From: Phoronis australis
Lineage: Eukaryota > Animalia > Phoronida
Direction: 5' to 3'
Assembly (NCBI GenBank): GCA_002633005.1
Contig: NMRA01000556.1
Location: forward strand, 207,820 to 271,819
DNA length: 64,000 bases
The translations under genes and the position numbers were made by a program. Under the pieces are notes generated by a model. That model saw nothing but the letters and a program-made list of their open reading frames with translations. It was not told where the DNA came from and made no database searches. This document shows positions 11,501-25,000 of this stretch, in pieces; the first letter of the stretch is position 1, and each line of letters opens with the position of its first letter.

Positions 11501-14039
11501 CGGACTATAGTGCTTTACGTTTCACATTAATTTAAGTACGACACTTTCGCCGCAGTAAAATGCCAGGATCAGTTAAATCGTTTGTTCAGTACGCTGGGAT
11601 CTTTTGGGTGGAAAATCACAGGAAGTAAAGGAATGATTTCTCGGACGCACGGTGGTGTACAATCAGGACTGAAATTTTGTGAAAACTTTGTTGTAACGAA
11701 TTTTCTACCCTTTAATCCCGTCTAAAGCTGCTTCAACCGACCTGATTTTGTTGTTCTGTCACGAGTGTAGCTAGGCTAAGGATTGGCTGCATCATTTACG
11801 CCCTTTTCACAAGTTTCAATCTTTTCAACGCCTTTACATCATTCTGGTGCTATTCTGCCGCTAACTACATGTAAGTTTTCCTGAACTTAAGACTGCCTCG
11901 GATTCAGGCTCGGATTAGCTCCGTACCATGAACACTACTGTGAGAACCAAGCTTTAACAGCGACCTACCGCGATTTCGCGGAAATAAGTATGAAAGAATC
12001 TTCTTCAGCGAATAATCCTTGTTTTTCATCAGTGATAGGTATTTCAAACTTTCAAATTCCTAGTTTCCCAGTCACACTGGAGTGACGACCTCATGTCCAA
12101 TAGTCTTGTGCACGGTGAACTGCAGAGACTGCCTAATGAGTCACGGTTGCGCATTTTTTTCAGTCAGTTGAGTACATCAAGGAAAAAGACGCCACAGGAC
12201 TGCGTGTCTCTTGGAGCGGAAACATAGGCGTGTACGTCACGGGAGATTACGGTGGTTGTAATCGTTGGTACTTTAAGTTCAATGGTTACGAGTGCAACAA
12301 GCCAGTTCCTATAGACCTGCTGTATTTTGCCCAGAATACGAAAAACATCCCGCATGTACCGGCATCAGGTACGGTCATAGAGCATGTGTAAGGTTTAAGG
12401 GGATTAACGTAAAGCCATTTTTTGATTTTCTTAATATAGGCGTTGCTGTCACCGCACTTTCCCTTGCTATAGAATTCAAGCAAGAGCAGTGTTGTGAACT
12501 ACAGTACAAGTCCAAGGTACATGTATCCGGCAATACGATCCTTAATTCTACGTCATAACGGGTTTGCGTAAATCCAATTCATAATCAGAGTAGACTTCCT
12601 TCAAGACCGAGAATAAAAGGGAGTTGTTAACAAGAGAATTTGTGAGACGACTAAGCCGTCCTCCGCTTTAATAGTCAGTACCAGTCATTTTTAAAGTAAA
12701 CAATATTAGCCGTCATGACGGAGAAACTGTATTTTGTGTACCTCCTTAATCGAAAAGACCAATTAATCATGACTTTCGTTCTGTAAATCCAGTTTTTAAT
12801 ACTAGTTTGCCAAAATCATGCAAGTGAAAGTCGTTTGATTCGCGATCTTTTACAAGCGTACATGTAGACTAAAGAGATATTCCGGTAGGCTGGAATGAGG
12901 ATGGATTCTCTGATTGTTGCCGTAAGTGTTTCACGAATGTTTTGCGTTGCGTAACAAAGCTTCCCCGCATTTCTCTGCATTCGCTTTTGTCACCAAAGGC
13001 AATAAACACCTTGGGCAGAATGACTGTTTATTCCGTTTACGGCGCTGTGTTTCAAGTAACAAGTACATGTACCATACCCCAAAAAATTCTTCTTTGTACT
13101 TTCAACGTGCACACTGGCGCACGCCACAGCACTCACAACGCAATTAGCCTAGCAATTCTATGCACATTTAATTGACTCATTTGTCTTTGCGCGTCAGATC
13201 AACGTTTGGACAAGAATGTCACAACAAGCTGCGTAATAATTTGAAGGCACTCTTTGTGAGGGGAGGGACAAGTCATATTTCTATGGTCTTCGAATACGTT
13301 TGTATTGCTTAATCGCCTAGCATTTACGCGCTTGTCATGAACAGCAAAACATTTCGATGTTAACTAGGTTATAAAATCGCCTCCTTTAAAACGATTTAGG
13401 CCACTTACTGGCACAGAACTGTTATCGCCCTGTTTCGTAACGCGATGTAGAGCGATTTTAGGAACTGTTATTGATTGAGACAAGGCTCAACTAGTTGTCG
13501 TGACGTCATTGATCATTTTATCCATCTACATGGTTACAAGCTCAAGCGGACATCCAGTTCTTCTTTCGTCAAGCAGAGCTAGTATTTCAGTTCCGTGTGC
13601 CAAGATTTCTCACCGTAAGTGAGTCGTGAATGTCTTGCATTACAGAAGCCCCCCCCCCCCAGAGCCGNACCACTGGAGTTCATAACTAATGCATATACAA
13701 TGTATATAGACTGTTTAGTGAAGATACTCGCCACTAAGCGCTGGCGAGAACACAGGTTTGTTCATGGTGCGAAGACTGCGTGATCCCTCCAAACTGGGAA
13801 GGCACTCATCCTCAATAAACGCACCCCTGAATCAACAGCCGGATTTTTCGTCTGAATCTAAGATTATCAACATTGTAATTTCAGTGGATGGTGTATGCTC
13901 TGGTCTGAAATCTGGTAAAATCAAAGTATCTTTGCACGTTGGGACCTGCACTGGGTACAAGTATGTCAAACATGGAGATGCCTACACTGGATTTAACTCT
14001 CCTACGCGACTGCTGATCGAAGAAGTAAAGTTGGAATAA
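8565..14039 (+). CDS. Secreted CTHRC1-family protein (CTHRC1 C-terminal domain) lacking the collagen repeat; 4 exons, ~216 aa
   Basis: Exons 8565-8775, 9982-10061, 12164-12368 and 13885-14039 are all GT-AG, with consistent phases 1/0/1 and 651 nt in total. The protein has signal MAGVFVLVVITVSSFVEG, a heptad segment, then HQYTWPALNDDNDDGELT-SVEYIKEKDATGLRVSWSGNI...CNRWYFKFNGYECNKPVPID...VDGVCSGL...HVGTC...GDAYTGFNSPTRLLIEEV. This matches the CTHRC1 motifs LRVxFSGS, [20 protein letters not shown] and GDASTGWNSVSRIIIEE. Confidence 0.88.
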
Positions 14040-17000
14040 TCTCCCTTGTCACGTCTATCCTCCACCACAACAGCGGATTCCTGGGATCCTGATTCAACCT
14101 TGGTAATTTTAAGCTTGCGATAGGACCGAAATCTTTCCTCAGATCGCGAGCTCTACTTTATATTTTATGTTTTTGTTTTGCTTAAGAGAACAGTCAGAGC
14201 AATTGGCTTTAGTTTTTCACTTGGGGTGGTTCATATTTAGGGAAACGAGTGCAAAACCTTGATTTACACTTGGCAACTCCAATATTGAAAGGACACTTTG
14301 GAAATTGTACACGTAGCTTTACGGTGTCGTCAGTGCAAACTGCTTAATTAAGCCATGTTGTGCTTTTTCACAGAATTAAATATGAAACAAACCGCGCTTT
14401 CTGTCGGAAAACAACTTTGGATTCAGACCACTTCCTGTGATTAGACCCGCCTATCTTCCCTCTTGGTCTATTAATAAACGATACCTAGGTTTGTCAAGCT
14501 TGGCTCAATTTTATTCCATGTCACGGCGTGTTACTTTACGCCGTCGAAACAGAATGGTAGTCATGATATTACAGACGTAAGGTTGTCACCAATTTCAGTT
14601 TAAACAGAGACTGAGAACGCGATGACATTGCTTTGGAAGAAAATCGTTTTTGACGCGAGAACATCAGTGTACAGGTGGTTTGAAGACAGTTATCTTTACA
14701 TTCTTTCTTAAGTGGAACAAGGCTGCCAAACAAGCGTAAAATGTAGTCCGAGTGGTGGATTTAAAATGAAGCGAAAAAGACTGGTGTAGGTACTGTACGC
14801 TTAAAGGCGAATTTTTTAGTCTTCTTACGCGTTTGGGAAGACAAATAGTTCTTACTTATACCATAGCAAGGTATTGAATTAAAAACACAACTATACATGT
14901 AAAATTATAGTTATGCAATGTGAAACGGACACGCTTTATCGATAGACAATTAATTAAAAAACGTATACATGTATTTCACAACAAAACCGTAATTTACAAT
15001 TTTCATCACAGACATCATAAATTATCTTCATATCATAAATAATTATTTACAAACCTCGATACAGAAAAATCACATGGTCGATGTCACCAAGTGAAACAAC
15101 ATTATTATTTTGGAGGCAATTACAAAATTGCACAAGGTGCACCTTTCAACAACCCGACCTCGTTTTGAAACATTGAATCCGATATCGATATCAATGCTTT
15201 TTGGTAAAAATAGTCTCTTGAATGGTGATGCTTCGGCTAGTTTAAAGCTGGTGACTTCAACCATTTACAGGTAGTTCTTTCAAGTCACTTAACAAATCGA
15301 GATGGTTAAAGTCACTGCTGAACCTGTTTCCAAAACACGATTCAGACTGCAGTACATGTACATGTATGTGTGAACTAGATGCTACTTGTGCTTATAATGA
15401 CTACATGTACATTTCATGCTAAAAGAGATTCGCAGAATCCTCAAACAGGACGCTAACGAAGCAATGCTTACCAGACGGGCAGTGATCTTTTCCCAATTCC
15501 AGTTATACTAGATCGATAATTATGGAATTTCTGGAATATTCGGAGGTTTGGGTAACTAAAATGACTTTGTAAATATCTGCATATCGACGTCACATGAATT
15601 CATCGCCATTTCATCATGTGTACACGTATTGTCATTGCAAAATTACAGTCTTTATTGCCAAATCTTCAAGACAGTCGTCAGTTCCTGGATCTAGTAGCGC
15701 GGATAACGATTGTTGGAAATTTCTGGAATTGGTAACTTTACGCCGTTGCGTAAGAATTCCAATCACCCGTGGCTTCTATAAGCGCGCCACAGTACGATTC
15801 CGCGCGTGCGCCCCAGTCCGAAAGGTGAAGATAAGGACTTTTTCCAATTGGGAAGCAGTGTAAGGCTATCAATTCAAACATAGTTATGTCGAGGAAGGCT
15901 ACAAAAGACAAAACCCGAGGGCATTGAATTTGAATTTACTTCTTACCGTGAGCAGCTTATGTCTCAGATCACACTCACAGCCAAAAGACTTCAAGAGTTT
16001 GCCACATATCTATTTTCCAACCAAACTTTCAAAAGAGTCATTCACTGCCAATGCAACATTTCCAATTTTCTCGACCCATGATCCTCTCCGTGCATCGCGG
16101 AATGTTTATTTGAATGAAGCGTGCATCTTCGTAATCAGTACAGCCGGACACTCAACGACCCCGCATTACCCGCGAGTCAGTTTCATTGTATTCCGCGCCT
16201 CCGCAATCCTGCACACTGCTATTTAACGAGTCCCGATTCAGAGAGTTAATGGGCTGGATCTGTCGTCGGACTTCAAACATAATAATTTGACGAACAATTA
16301 ACCTTGGTTTCAATTGTAGGATCTGGTGAATCATTTGAGGAATTGGCACTGAAGACGGCGATTTTGCAATAACAAAACAAGCGACAAAATGACGGAGAAT
16401 TTATTTATAAAGATTCCAGTCTCGAGAAAATTCGGGGTTCAACGAAACTATTTTATCTAAACAGTCAATTTAGTTTTTCTTGTTTACCCAGACGTTCAAA
16501 AACCCCAGAATCGTCCTTTAAGTGCACACTTTTAGCGCAGTACCCTTAACCTGATTAAGTGGAACCGTTTCCATAGTGGTTAACTGAATTGATCTTCACA
16601 CCTATTGTCAATGGACAATAAACTAGTATCAACATACAACGGTATCTCAACAGATACATTGTGCTAACTCCGACTACATCAGTTAACTCTTTAAAACCAA
16701 AAATTAGATCCGTGAGACCTTCATCATCCGTTAAGAAATTGGGGCAAGTTTGAGAGTTTCATACAAAATCTACTAAAATAAACTTGACGATTACGTCAAG
16801 GCTGAAATGAAAAACGGATCACAACGAATCACGGGGGTCAATTTGTGACACCACTAAATTGTTTTGGCAAACTGATGTGTTTACCTCCCGCTGGCTTCAC
16901 GTAGTCGGAGAGACTTGGATGGAAAGGTCAAAATAGAGTTCACCCTTTAAGACCAATACAGGCAGTTCGAAAAACATTTGAGACCTGTCACTTGGGATAG

Positions 17001-19017
17001 AAGTCTCTGATAACTCGTGGGCCCGGATGCCTACAAGTTACATGTATGTATTGTACACTGGATAACTATGACCTTGCATCATCACCGGTCATGTTGAAAA
17101 CTGCATGTGACGTCACGAAATGAATAAGTTGAACGTTTTATGCAACCCAGCCCTGGTGTTTTTTTTTGGCAAGCATTTCTTGTGCACAGTGGTTGGCACA
17201 GAGAAACCCTCACTGCGAGAAATATAGTCGTTCACCATGGGAAATTGCACACTTGGACATTTTTCTGAACACTTTAAATCCGCCAGCTGTCTCTTCCTAA
17301 AGTCGTACTTGTAGGCAACTAGATTAGATACAGTAATCGTCGATCTCGCGTGATCGACCCTATCGCGTCACTTCTAAGGAAGTGTTTTCATAGCCAACAC
17401 TGCACTACGCGTTTACTAATTTAAAAATACACTCGGAAAGATCACAACCCCAACGGACAGTGTTGACAACTAAACACTTTTCAAAAATCGTATACCATTA
17501 CAGCTCTCAGACAATTTTCCACCTATATATTAATAATGATTGTCAAAAATGTGGGGTCCGTCAGCCGCGAAAACACGGAATAGCCGAATGCAGGGCTCTG
17601 ACTGTGACATTTCAACAGCCCTGAATGTACAAATTCTGATATTTTACGTATTTTTAAGTGAGAGAGTGAGGAAGCCCTGGTCACTGAGGCTAGTAACCTA
17701 TGTTGCTAGGTGCGCAAGGCTGCATGCACTTTACATGTATCATGGGATGTCGTGACTTTTTAGCGTTACAGTACCTGGGGCGCCGAACAAATACGTGAAA
17801 AAGCTATTGAATCATGCGACTCGCTTGTAATGCAAGGAGACATCTCGTGAGAGCTTTCGAGAATTTAGCTTTTTAAAGAATTTTGCGCTAAAGAACGCTT
17901 CCCTGACGCATCTATATCAAGACTAGAGATTTATGGGATGTCGTTAAATCTGCTGCCGGAGAACGATTTCACGCAATTCATTGCGAACATCACGTCCCTT
18001 TCTCACCGTTAAATGTAAATTTCCACAGGAGCTCGTAATCCAAGCTTTCACAAAGAATAGGATTTCTTGTAACAAGCAGTTTTGAAGAGACAATTATTTT
18101 GTGCGTTTTTACGGTTTTTAGTCTCGGGATCGAGTGAGACGATTTCACCTGTAATAGACTTCGTCGTAGGTAGGCTCGTCTTAAACCCTTCAAACTGTAA
18201 TGGCTACGTTCTCGCTTACTTTGCAAAGGCCATCAAGTTGCTTCAGTACCTTCAATTGGCACGGCTTAGAAACGTCCATAATCATTGGCAGCACCGCATA
18301 AGACATAGACAAAAAATCTGTAGAGATTGCTTAATTTTAAAAGTATTTCATGCAGCCAGAAATTTACCATCAATACGAATAAACAATCAGCACCTATCAA
18401 AACCAAGTGCAAGCCTACAGAACAGACAATCGTCTGTGTGACACTTCCCCCATCCTATCTTAGTGGATCCGTGTCGTACACATCTCTGAGCCGGGACTTC
18501 AACATGGTTATTAGCAGTCAACAGAGTGGCAAGTGACATAGTTTTCCCGATCCAGTGTGCCCGAGAACCAAAACCGTGAATGGTTTTTTATAATACTGTT
18601 TACTACCACGAATAATTTGACCGCCATACCAACTGCAAATCATGCATATGCGCGTATTTAGGCTCATGTAAGTACCTGGATTTTTGATAAAAGGTATTTA
18701 CAACAGTCCCGTCTTGACATATAGCAAAGTGTCTCGCTCCTTGTATTGTAATTATCCACAATGCAACACGTGTAACAAGCATTTGCTCCGCAAATCCTGA
18801 TTTTGCGTGCACGTGAATTCCCTTCAACCGGGAATAAGGCACAGCTCGCCTATGGGCACATTGACCTAAATACGCGCATATATGGTGGACCTAGTCATCA
18901 ATGTTGTTAACCGATTCCCTTGACGGGAATTGATGGAATCAATTCGTTCAACCGGAACAGAGGGATGGTCACATAGAGCACTGAGACCAGTGATGTCGAC
19001 CATTCATCCCCTAACAC

Positions 19018-22000
19018 TCATAATTTTTCCTGAGGCAAAACTGTGATTTTTGTAGACGGTTTCTTTCTGTATATTTTACTTGACTTCTTGGGAGTGGCGT
19101 ACAGTGGATTGGCAAAAGATGTTGTTTTGCTAAACCTCCTGCGGCTTGCATCCATCGCTATAATGCTGCAAAGCGAAATGTTGAGAAGGTTACAGGTTGC
19201 AAAGTCTGCCGACAGGAGACATTCTGCTATTCACTTAGTATTATCTCCCTTGACGTGTTTTCAATGGATACAACGGATGAGTCGGACGATGCTGTTGGAA
19301 TTTAATTTGATTCCCGTCGCTTGGTAGAGACATGCGTTTTGGTGACAATTAAAGTTTTCCGAATTTACCACAAATTACAGACGTTTTACCAGATTGTCTT
19401 TGGTTTGAATACTCCCCTGATTACAAGAGCTGTCGGAAGTTAGCAAAAATGCTGTTCTGTTAATTTACCAGTCTTAGAACAGGCTATATAATCCACATGG
19501 AAGACTTGAACACTTGGAAATGTAATTTAACGTTATTTGTACATGATTGTACAGGTGCATTGTATGCTTAAACCCATAAACAGTATCACTCACTTGTGCT
19601 CGTCACAGAGAGCAGACGACTCCGCGTGTAAGTGTTGAGTTTTACCCGCACCTGATTTGGGCACTTTCTTCCTGAAATAAGACACCCACAGTCAAGCAAA
19701 GCACCGCAGATAAACATAAATGTGCTTAAACTTCATGCACATATGCTGCGCTACTGAAAAAATGAATTCCTTTTTTCATCATAATAGCTTGAGGACAGAA
19801 AATGTTGATGGGGGCAATGGTGCGCTAAATATCCCAAAAGTGACAAGAACACGTGCTTACTGTTCTAGAGTTTGTGTTCCATAAAACCCGTTATTCACGA
19901 GTATCCACCATTTACACACTCCGGTCTGCCTCCATTACTGTTACTTTCTAGTTCTTAGTTCTTTATGCAGAGAAATTAAGATACGAGATGCTAAGTACTG
20001 GTGTTGAAGAATTGAGAAACTCACTAATTACATGCGCTTTTATACGTTTACCACCTTCCATTCCGCTACGAAAAAACAACACCCCGAGGTAATGTTGACA
20101 AGATAAAGATTGTCTTTATCCCGGGTGTACTGGTATAGAAGAACTTGTACGAGAACTATTGTTCACGACCAGTTTCCCAATCAAAGGCTTTTTCTGACAA
20201 AATTCTCTTCAAAATGCCTTTTCCAGCTCTACTGAGGTGCCTTGTTCAACCACCAACTACATAAATCTACAGATGGCTTTCAAACTTTGCTATCATCATT
20301 ATTGACAGCACGGCCTCTGTTCATGTACTGTTGCAGGCCTACACTATGTAGGAACTTATCGACGTGTACATGTATTTTGCCAAACAACAATACGATTATT
20401 CCTAACAACTTTTTGAAACATATAGGGCACAAAGCATTGTACCCGAACGTTTCATAAGAATTAGATCAGCAATTTCTGAGAGATGATCAAATTTGTCATT
20501 CTTATAGGATCCTTTATAGCTGGTTCATACATAGCTGGTCCTACATAACCGTAACGGGTTAAAAGTTAAGATGCCCAAGGATACTAATGAAAGGGTAAGG
20601 ATTTATGGGATTAAGTCAGTACTAATATCCCCTTTTTCGTGTTCACTCTTTAAATGAGTGGATGACTAAGTTCCCAGTTAAATCCTTCGTGGATGCTATG
20701 TTGAATGACACCCACTGGGTCTGATGAGCGTTACATCTCGAATGTACATGTACAGTCAGTCGGAATAATTGAATGAAGTGGATTCTACTTAATTTTAAAG
20801 GAATATGTTATGTATGGAGTCGATATGTAAGACCATTGTACTTACCGACGATATTTGCAACATAAGAACATGGCGACAGCTGCACACACGACAATGGCGA
20901 TCAATGTAATGAGCACTGCTAGTAACGTTCTGTTCACAGAGCCGTTCTTTGGAGGTTCTCGTGGACGGACAGATCCTTTAACAAAATAACCTTCTTATGA
21001 GAGACCATAAACTTGCTCATGGATTCAGCTAAATATTTTTTCTCAGACTGTTGGCGCTTTGAAGCGTGAAGTTATGTGAGACCTAATCGCCAAGTCTATG
21101 AAGTAAGTCTATCCCCACATGATATTTGGTTTTAACCAGTCGAAAGCCGGAATTAATGGAGCCTAACTGCAGTTTGAAATATGGGTGAACGACCACGGTA
21201 TGCGGAGGAAGCAGGAGGCAGGGATTTTGGTAAAGTATTTTGCACTCTCTATGTTGATTTGACTGAAATTAGAGACGGACCTTTCGTGAAAATTAATGAA
21301 ACGTAAGTGGCGTTGAAACTACACGAACACTAGACAGATCAAATGTATTTCAATCGGATTGTCACACAAGAACGAGATGAGCAGCTGAGGCCGGAAATTG
21401 GTGTCGACCGGTGAGAGTAAAACTCGTAGGAGGTGCGCTCACATGCTCTTCTCACCTTAAAGAAAACCTTTCCACGCTTGTGACAATGTAGATGAAACGT
21501 GGGCAAGTTGTAAATACTAACATGCTTTTGAAGCACGTTAAATCCGTACCTGAAGTCGGGTTCACAAGGACTGCATTATTTTCGCTAACAGCAATCTCCT
21601 TCGAAGCCTCTTCGGTAGGTTCTATCTTTAGCGTCATTGTAGCAGTGATATTGTCATGAGTACTTGTAGTAAGATCTGACGTTAAGGTAGACGTTTTCGC
21701 TTCAGTCGTCGGGGGTAGAGGCAACTCAACAAAAGTATATTTGGCATGGAAACCTGTCCTGCGGCCATCGCTGTCAGGGTAGGTTGCCAAGGTTACCCGT
21801 AAATAGGACGAGGAAGACTCTTGAGACAATCCTGAAGACCGAGAACCACAGTACGTGTCAATGGCTGGTTTTTGATCATCAGCGCCGTCATAGAGCGTCA
21901 ACTGATCATGGAAGCGAGAGCAGTTTTGATAGTTGTCCATGCCCAGTTGCATATGTGTAAACGTAAGCCTCACTTTGAAACCATCGGGTGCCTGAATGAG

Positions 22001-25000
22001 CCAGTTGCAACGACTTCCAGCTGGATATGCACGCGGCCAATCAGGAGAAGCGAACTCCCCGCCATCTTCAGTCAAAGTGGCGATGCAAGGCCATTCTGAA
22101 AGAAAGGACATCGACGTTCCAAGTGGAAAGCTATAGTTTTACAAAAGTTTAATCCTTTGTCACATTCTCGTTTGCAATACGAAAAGCTTAAAATCGGTTT
22201 CTGTGTGACGTTCACTGGAACATTTAACACGTACATTGCACGTGTTCTTCGGAATAGGAATGGGTGTACGGAGTAGTTTTACGCGTAACTGTTATTTCTT
22301 TAAGTACTACAGGTTCGTTTTCTTGTTACAAAATTCTATTTGTAAATTAGTTCACATGTTCATATGGATTGAATCATAAGCACAACAACTCTAAGTACAG
22401 CACACGACTATGTCATATACCATACATGTATACCACCGAATAAGAGCAGCCGTGCTAACGTTTCAATTTCTTATGACGTCAGTAAGAGGACTATACAAGG
22501 AGAGTTGTCTCATTCAATGATTACATACTGAAACAACAATTTCCCATCTGACTGATTTGTCGTCATATCTAGCGGAAGTACATAACCGGTGCTTTTGGCA
22601 GTTATATAATTTCTACCTTTTGCTGCCATTGTCAATATTTGGTTTAACTACAAAGTTCAAAAACCTTTATTTCACGTATTTGGTCTGGGCCACATGGAGC
22701 GCAATAAAAGGAGGACGCGATATCGGGCGCTCACCTGCAGCGTAAAACGCATGGAAGCCAGGGGCATCTCTGAGAGCGTTTGAAGTGAACACGAGTGTAA
22801 CGCTGTTAGTCTCCGTCAGTAGACGCTTGTGTGGACTGGCAGGAGAGATGCACGTCTCTTTGCTTATAGTAGCGGTAGATTGCTGAAGTATGAGGTGGTC
22901 GTTCTCTGGACTACAGGCACTACCGGTAATGGGACCGAAGTCGATGTGAACGAAGATGAAATGAATCACCTGTGTGAAAACACGATTATTTCGTGGGTAT
23001 TACGATAAACAGTGCATTCACATTTTGATCTATTAAAATTTCTAGCACCAAAATTTCATTACGCGCAGGCTTTGAGGAAAAGTTTAGGGTTATTATAGTG
23101 TATCTTCTGATGATATGAATCTCTCTAACACCGATGGCCGTCCGGTGGCTCATTCACATTCGAAAGTCAGCTATTCAAAGTTACTTGCTTCAATCGATAA
23201 AGTCTTGCTGTGATGTCCAGAGGGTTGCAAAGAACATTATTTTTAGCATCATTAAGAGCTTCTGCAGGTGCTTAATACACCCGCATATGACCACCAGACC
23301 TCCAAACACTGAAACAGGTGCTGACGGAGATACGCTAACTAATCACAGGGGACTTCAAATCGGCAATACAGTAGCTCCTTCCACACGGACGCAAAACTTC
23401 TGTTTGTGAATAAAAATCGCTTGGCAGCAACAGAAACTCGATTACCATGGGCGCGAATGATGTACAACATTTCAACCAATAGCTCACTTGCGAGTTTCTC
23501 GTTAGTCACTGTGACGTCACCGGAAAGGGGGCAAAACCCGCCATATTGCTCTTGTTTTGCCCCGAGTCTTTGCTACACACGCTAAAACTTACTGGAGTTC
23601 TTACGGTGAATTTTACGCTTAAAACGTTAAAACAACTTAAGATATGGTAGATGGGTCGTGGAATAACTGTGAATGGACGAAGAAAATGTGAACTTGTTAT
23701 GTTGTGCGAAGCTGTAAACGGACTGAAATTGGAACTTAATCCGCTCTAGGCCTGAAAGGCGCCAGGCACAGGCATACAGGGGCGATAGTGTATCCCCATA
23801 AAAAGATATTCACAGCAAATAAAATCAAATGGAACATGCATATGTGCACATGAAGTTATAATTAACACATACCCTAACTCTGGACACAATTTAGTCTACA
23901 AATAACTTGAGCATATTCATGAAAACCTCGCGGTTCTCTCGAGTTTCTCTCACTAGCCGCCATTTTGAGGAAGTTACGTGAAATCACGCCTGTTGACGAA
24001 CAAAAAGTCCAAGGAACACAAATCTTACAAATTTCACTTGAAATTTTCTCATGCTATTTTGCAAGTGTCACGCGCCAGGTCACGCGCCAAATCTCGCGCT
24101 AGCCTTTGCCTCATACTCAACTGACTCAGTTGAAATACTTGATTGTGGTTATCGCGCGCGAGGACAAAGTTAACAGTAACCACAAAGTGGAGTTGGTATT
24201 CTTCGCCAAAGTCACCTGAATTCCCGTATATATGCTTCATCGAAGATATGTTTAGAAGCATAAAGAGTCACTGAAGAAAGTAAGAGCCTTTTAGGTGCTA
24301 ATTTTAGGTATTTTTGTCGAGGAGAAAACTTTATCAGTGAGGGGATTTCGCCTACCGCCCGTTTAAAATACACGGGACGAAATTAGTACAGAACGCGATA
24401 GAACGTATTGTAGTGCGAATCTGAAGTTCATTTGCCATAACAGCAATGCTTTTTGGACATTTTTCGAACTAAACGGCTAAAAACTCAAAGACAATAACAG
24501 AATACACTCTGCTACCGTATTGGGCAAATGACCAAACGACAAGCTTTTGCCCCACTTCCCGTGACGTCACAGTTAAGTCTCACATAATCTCGCGTTATTG
24601 TTATAAACTCGCAAAAGGCCTATTATGTTAGCCTTTAGAATTGAAGCAAGTAATGTTGTCGCCCCGAAGAAATTGAACTATGGGATACAAATGAGTTGGT
24701 CCACAAAACATCATTTCGCAATTTCCGATTGAACAACCGGATACATTTCAATTTAAATTGAAAAATCGCCTTTGAAATATTATTTCAAGTTTCAAAATAT
24801 AATTTGAATTGGATCTTGAAACTGGGAATTTGCAGATCCACCGACTATCATCGAAATTTTGATAGAACAAATTTCGGCGTGGCGCTTTACCACAATCGGC
24901 CACATGGATTTCCGCCGATGAGAGAACTGCACAGTCATATCCAAGGGGAATCTCTCCAGCAAGACAAATTTACTCTGATAGACAAGTCGAAAAAAATAGT

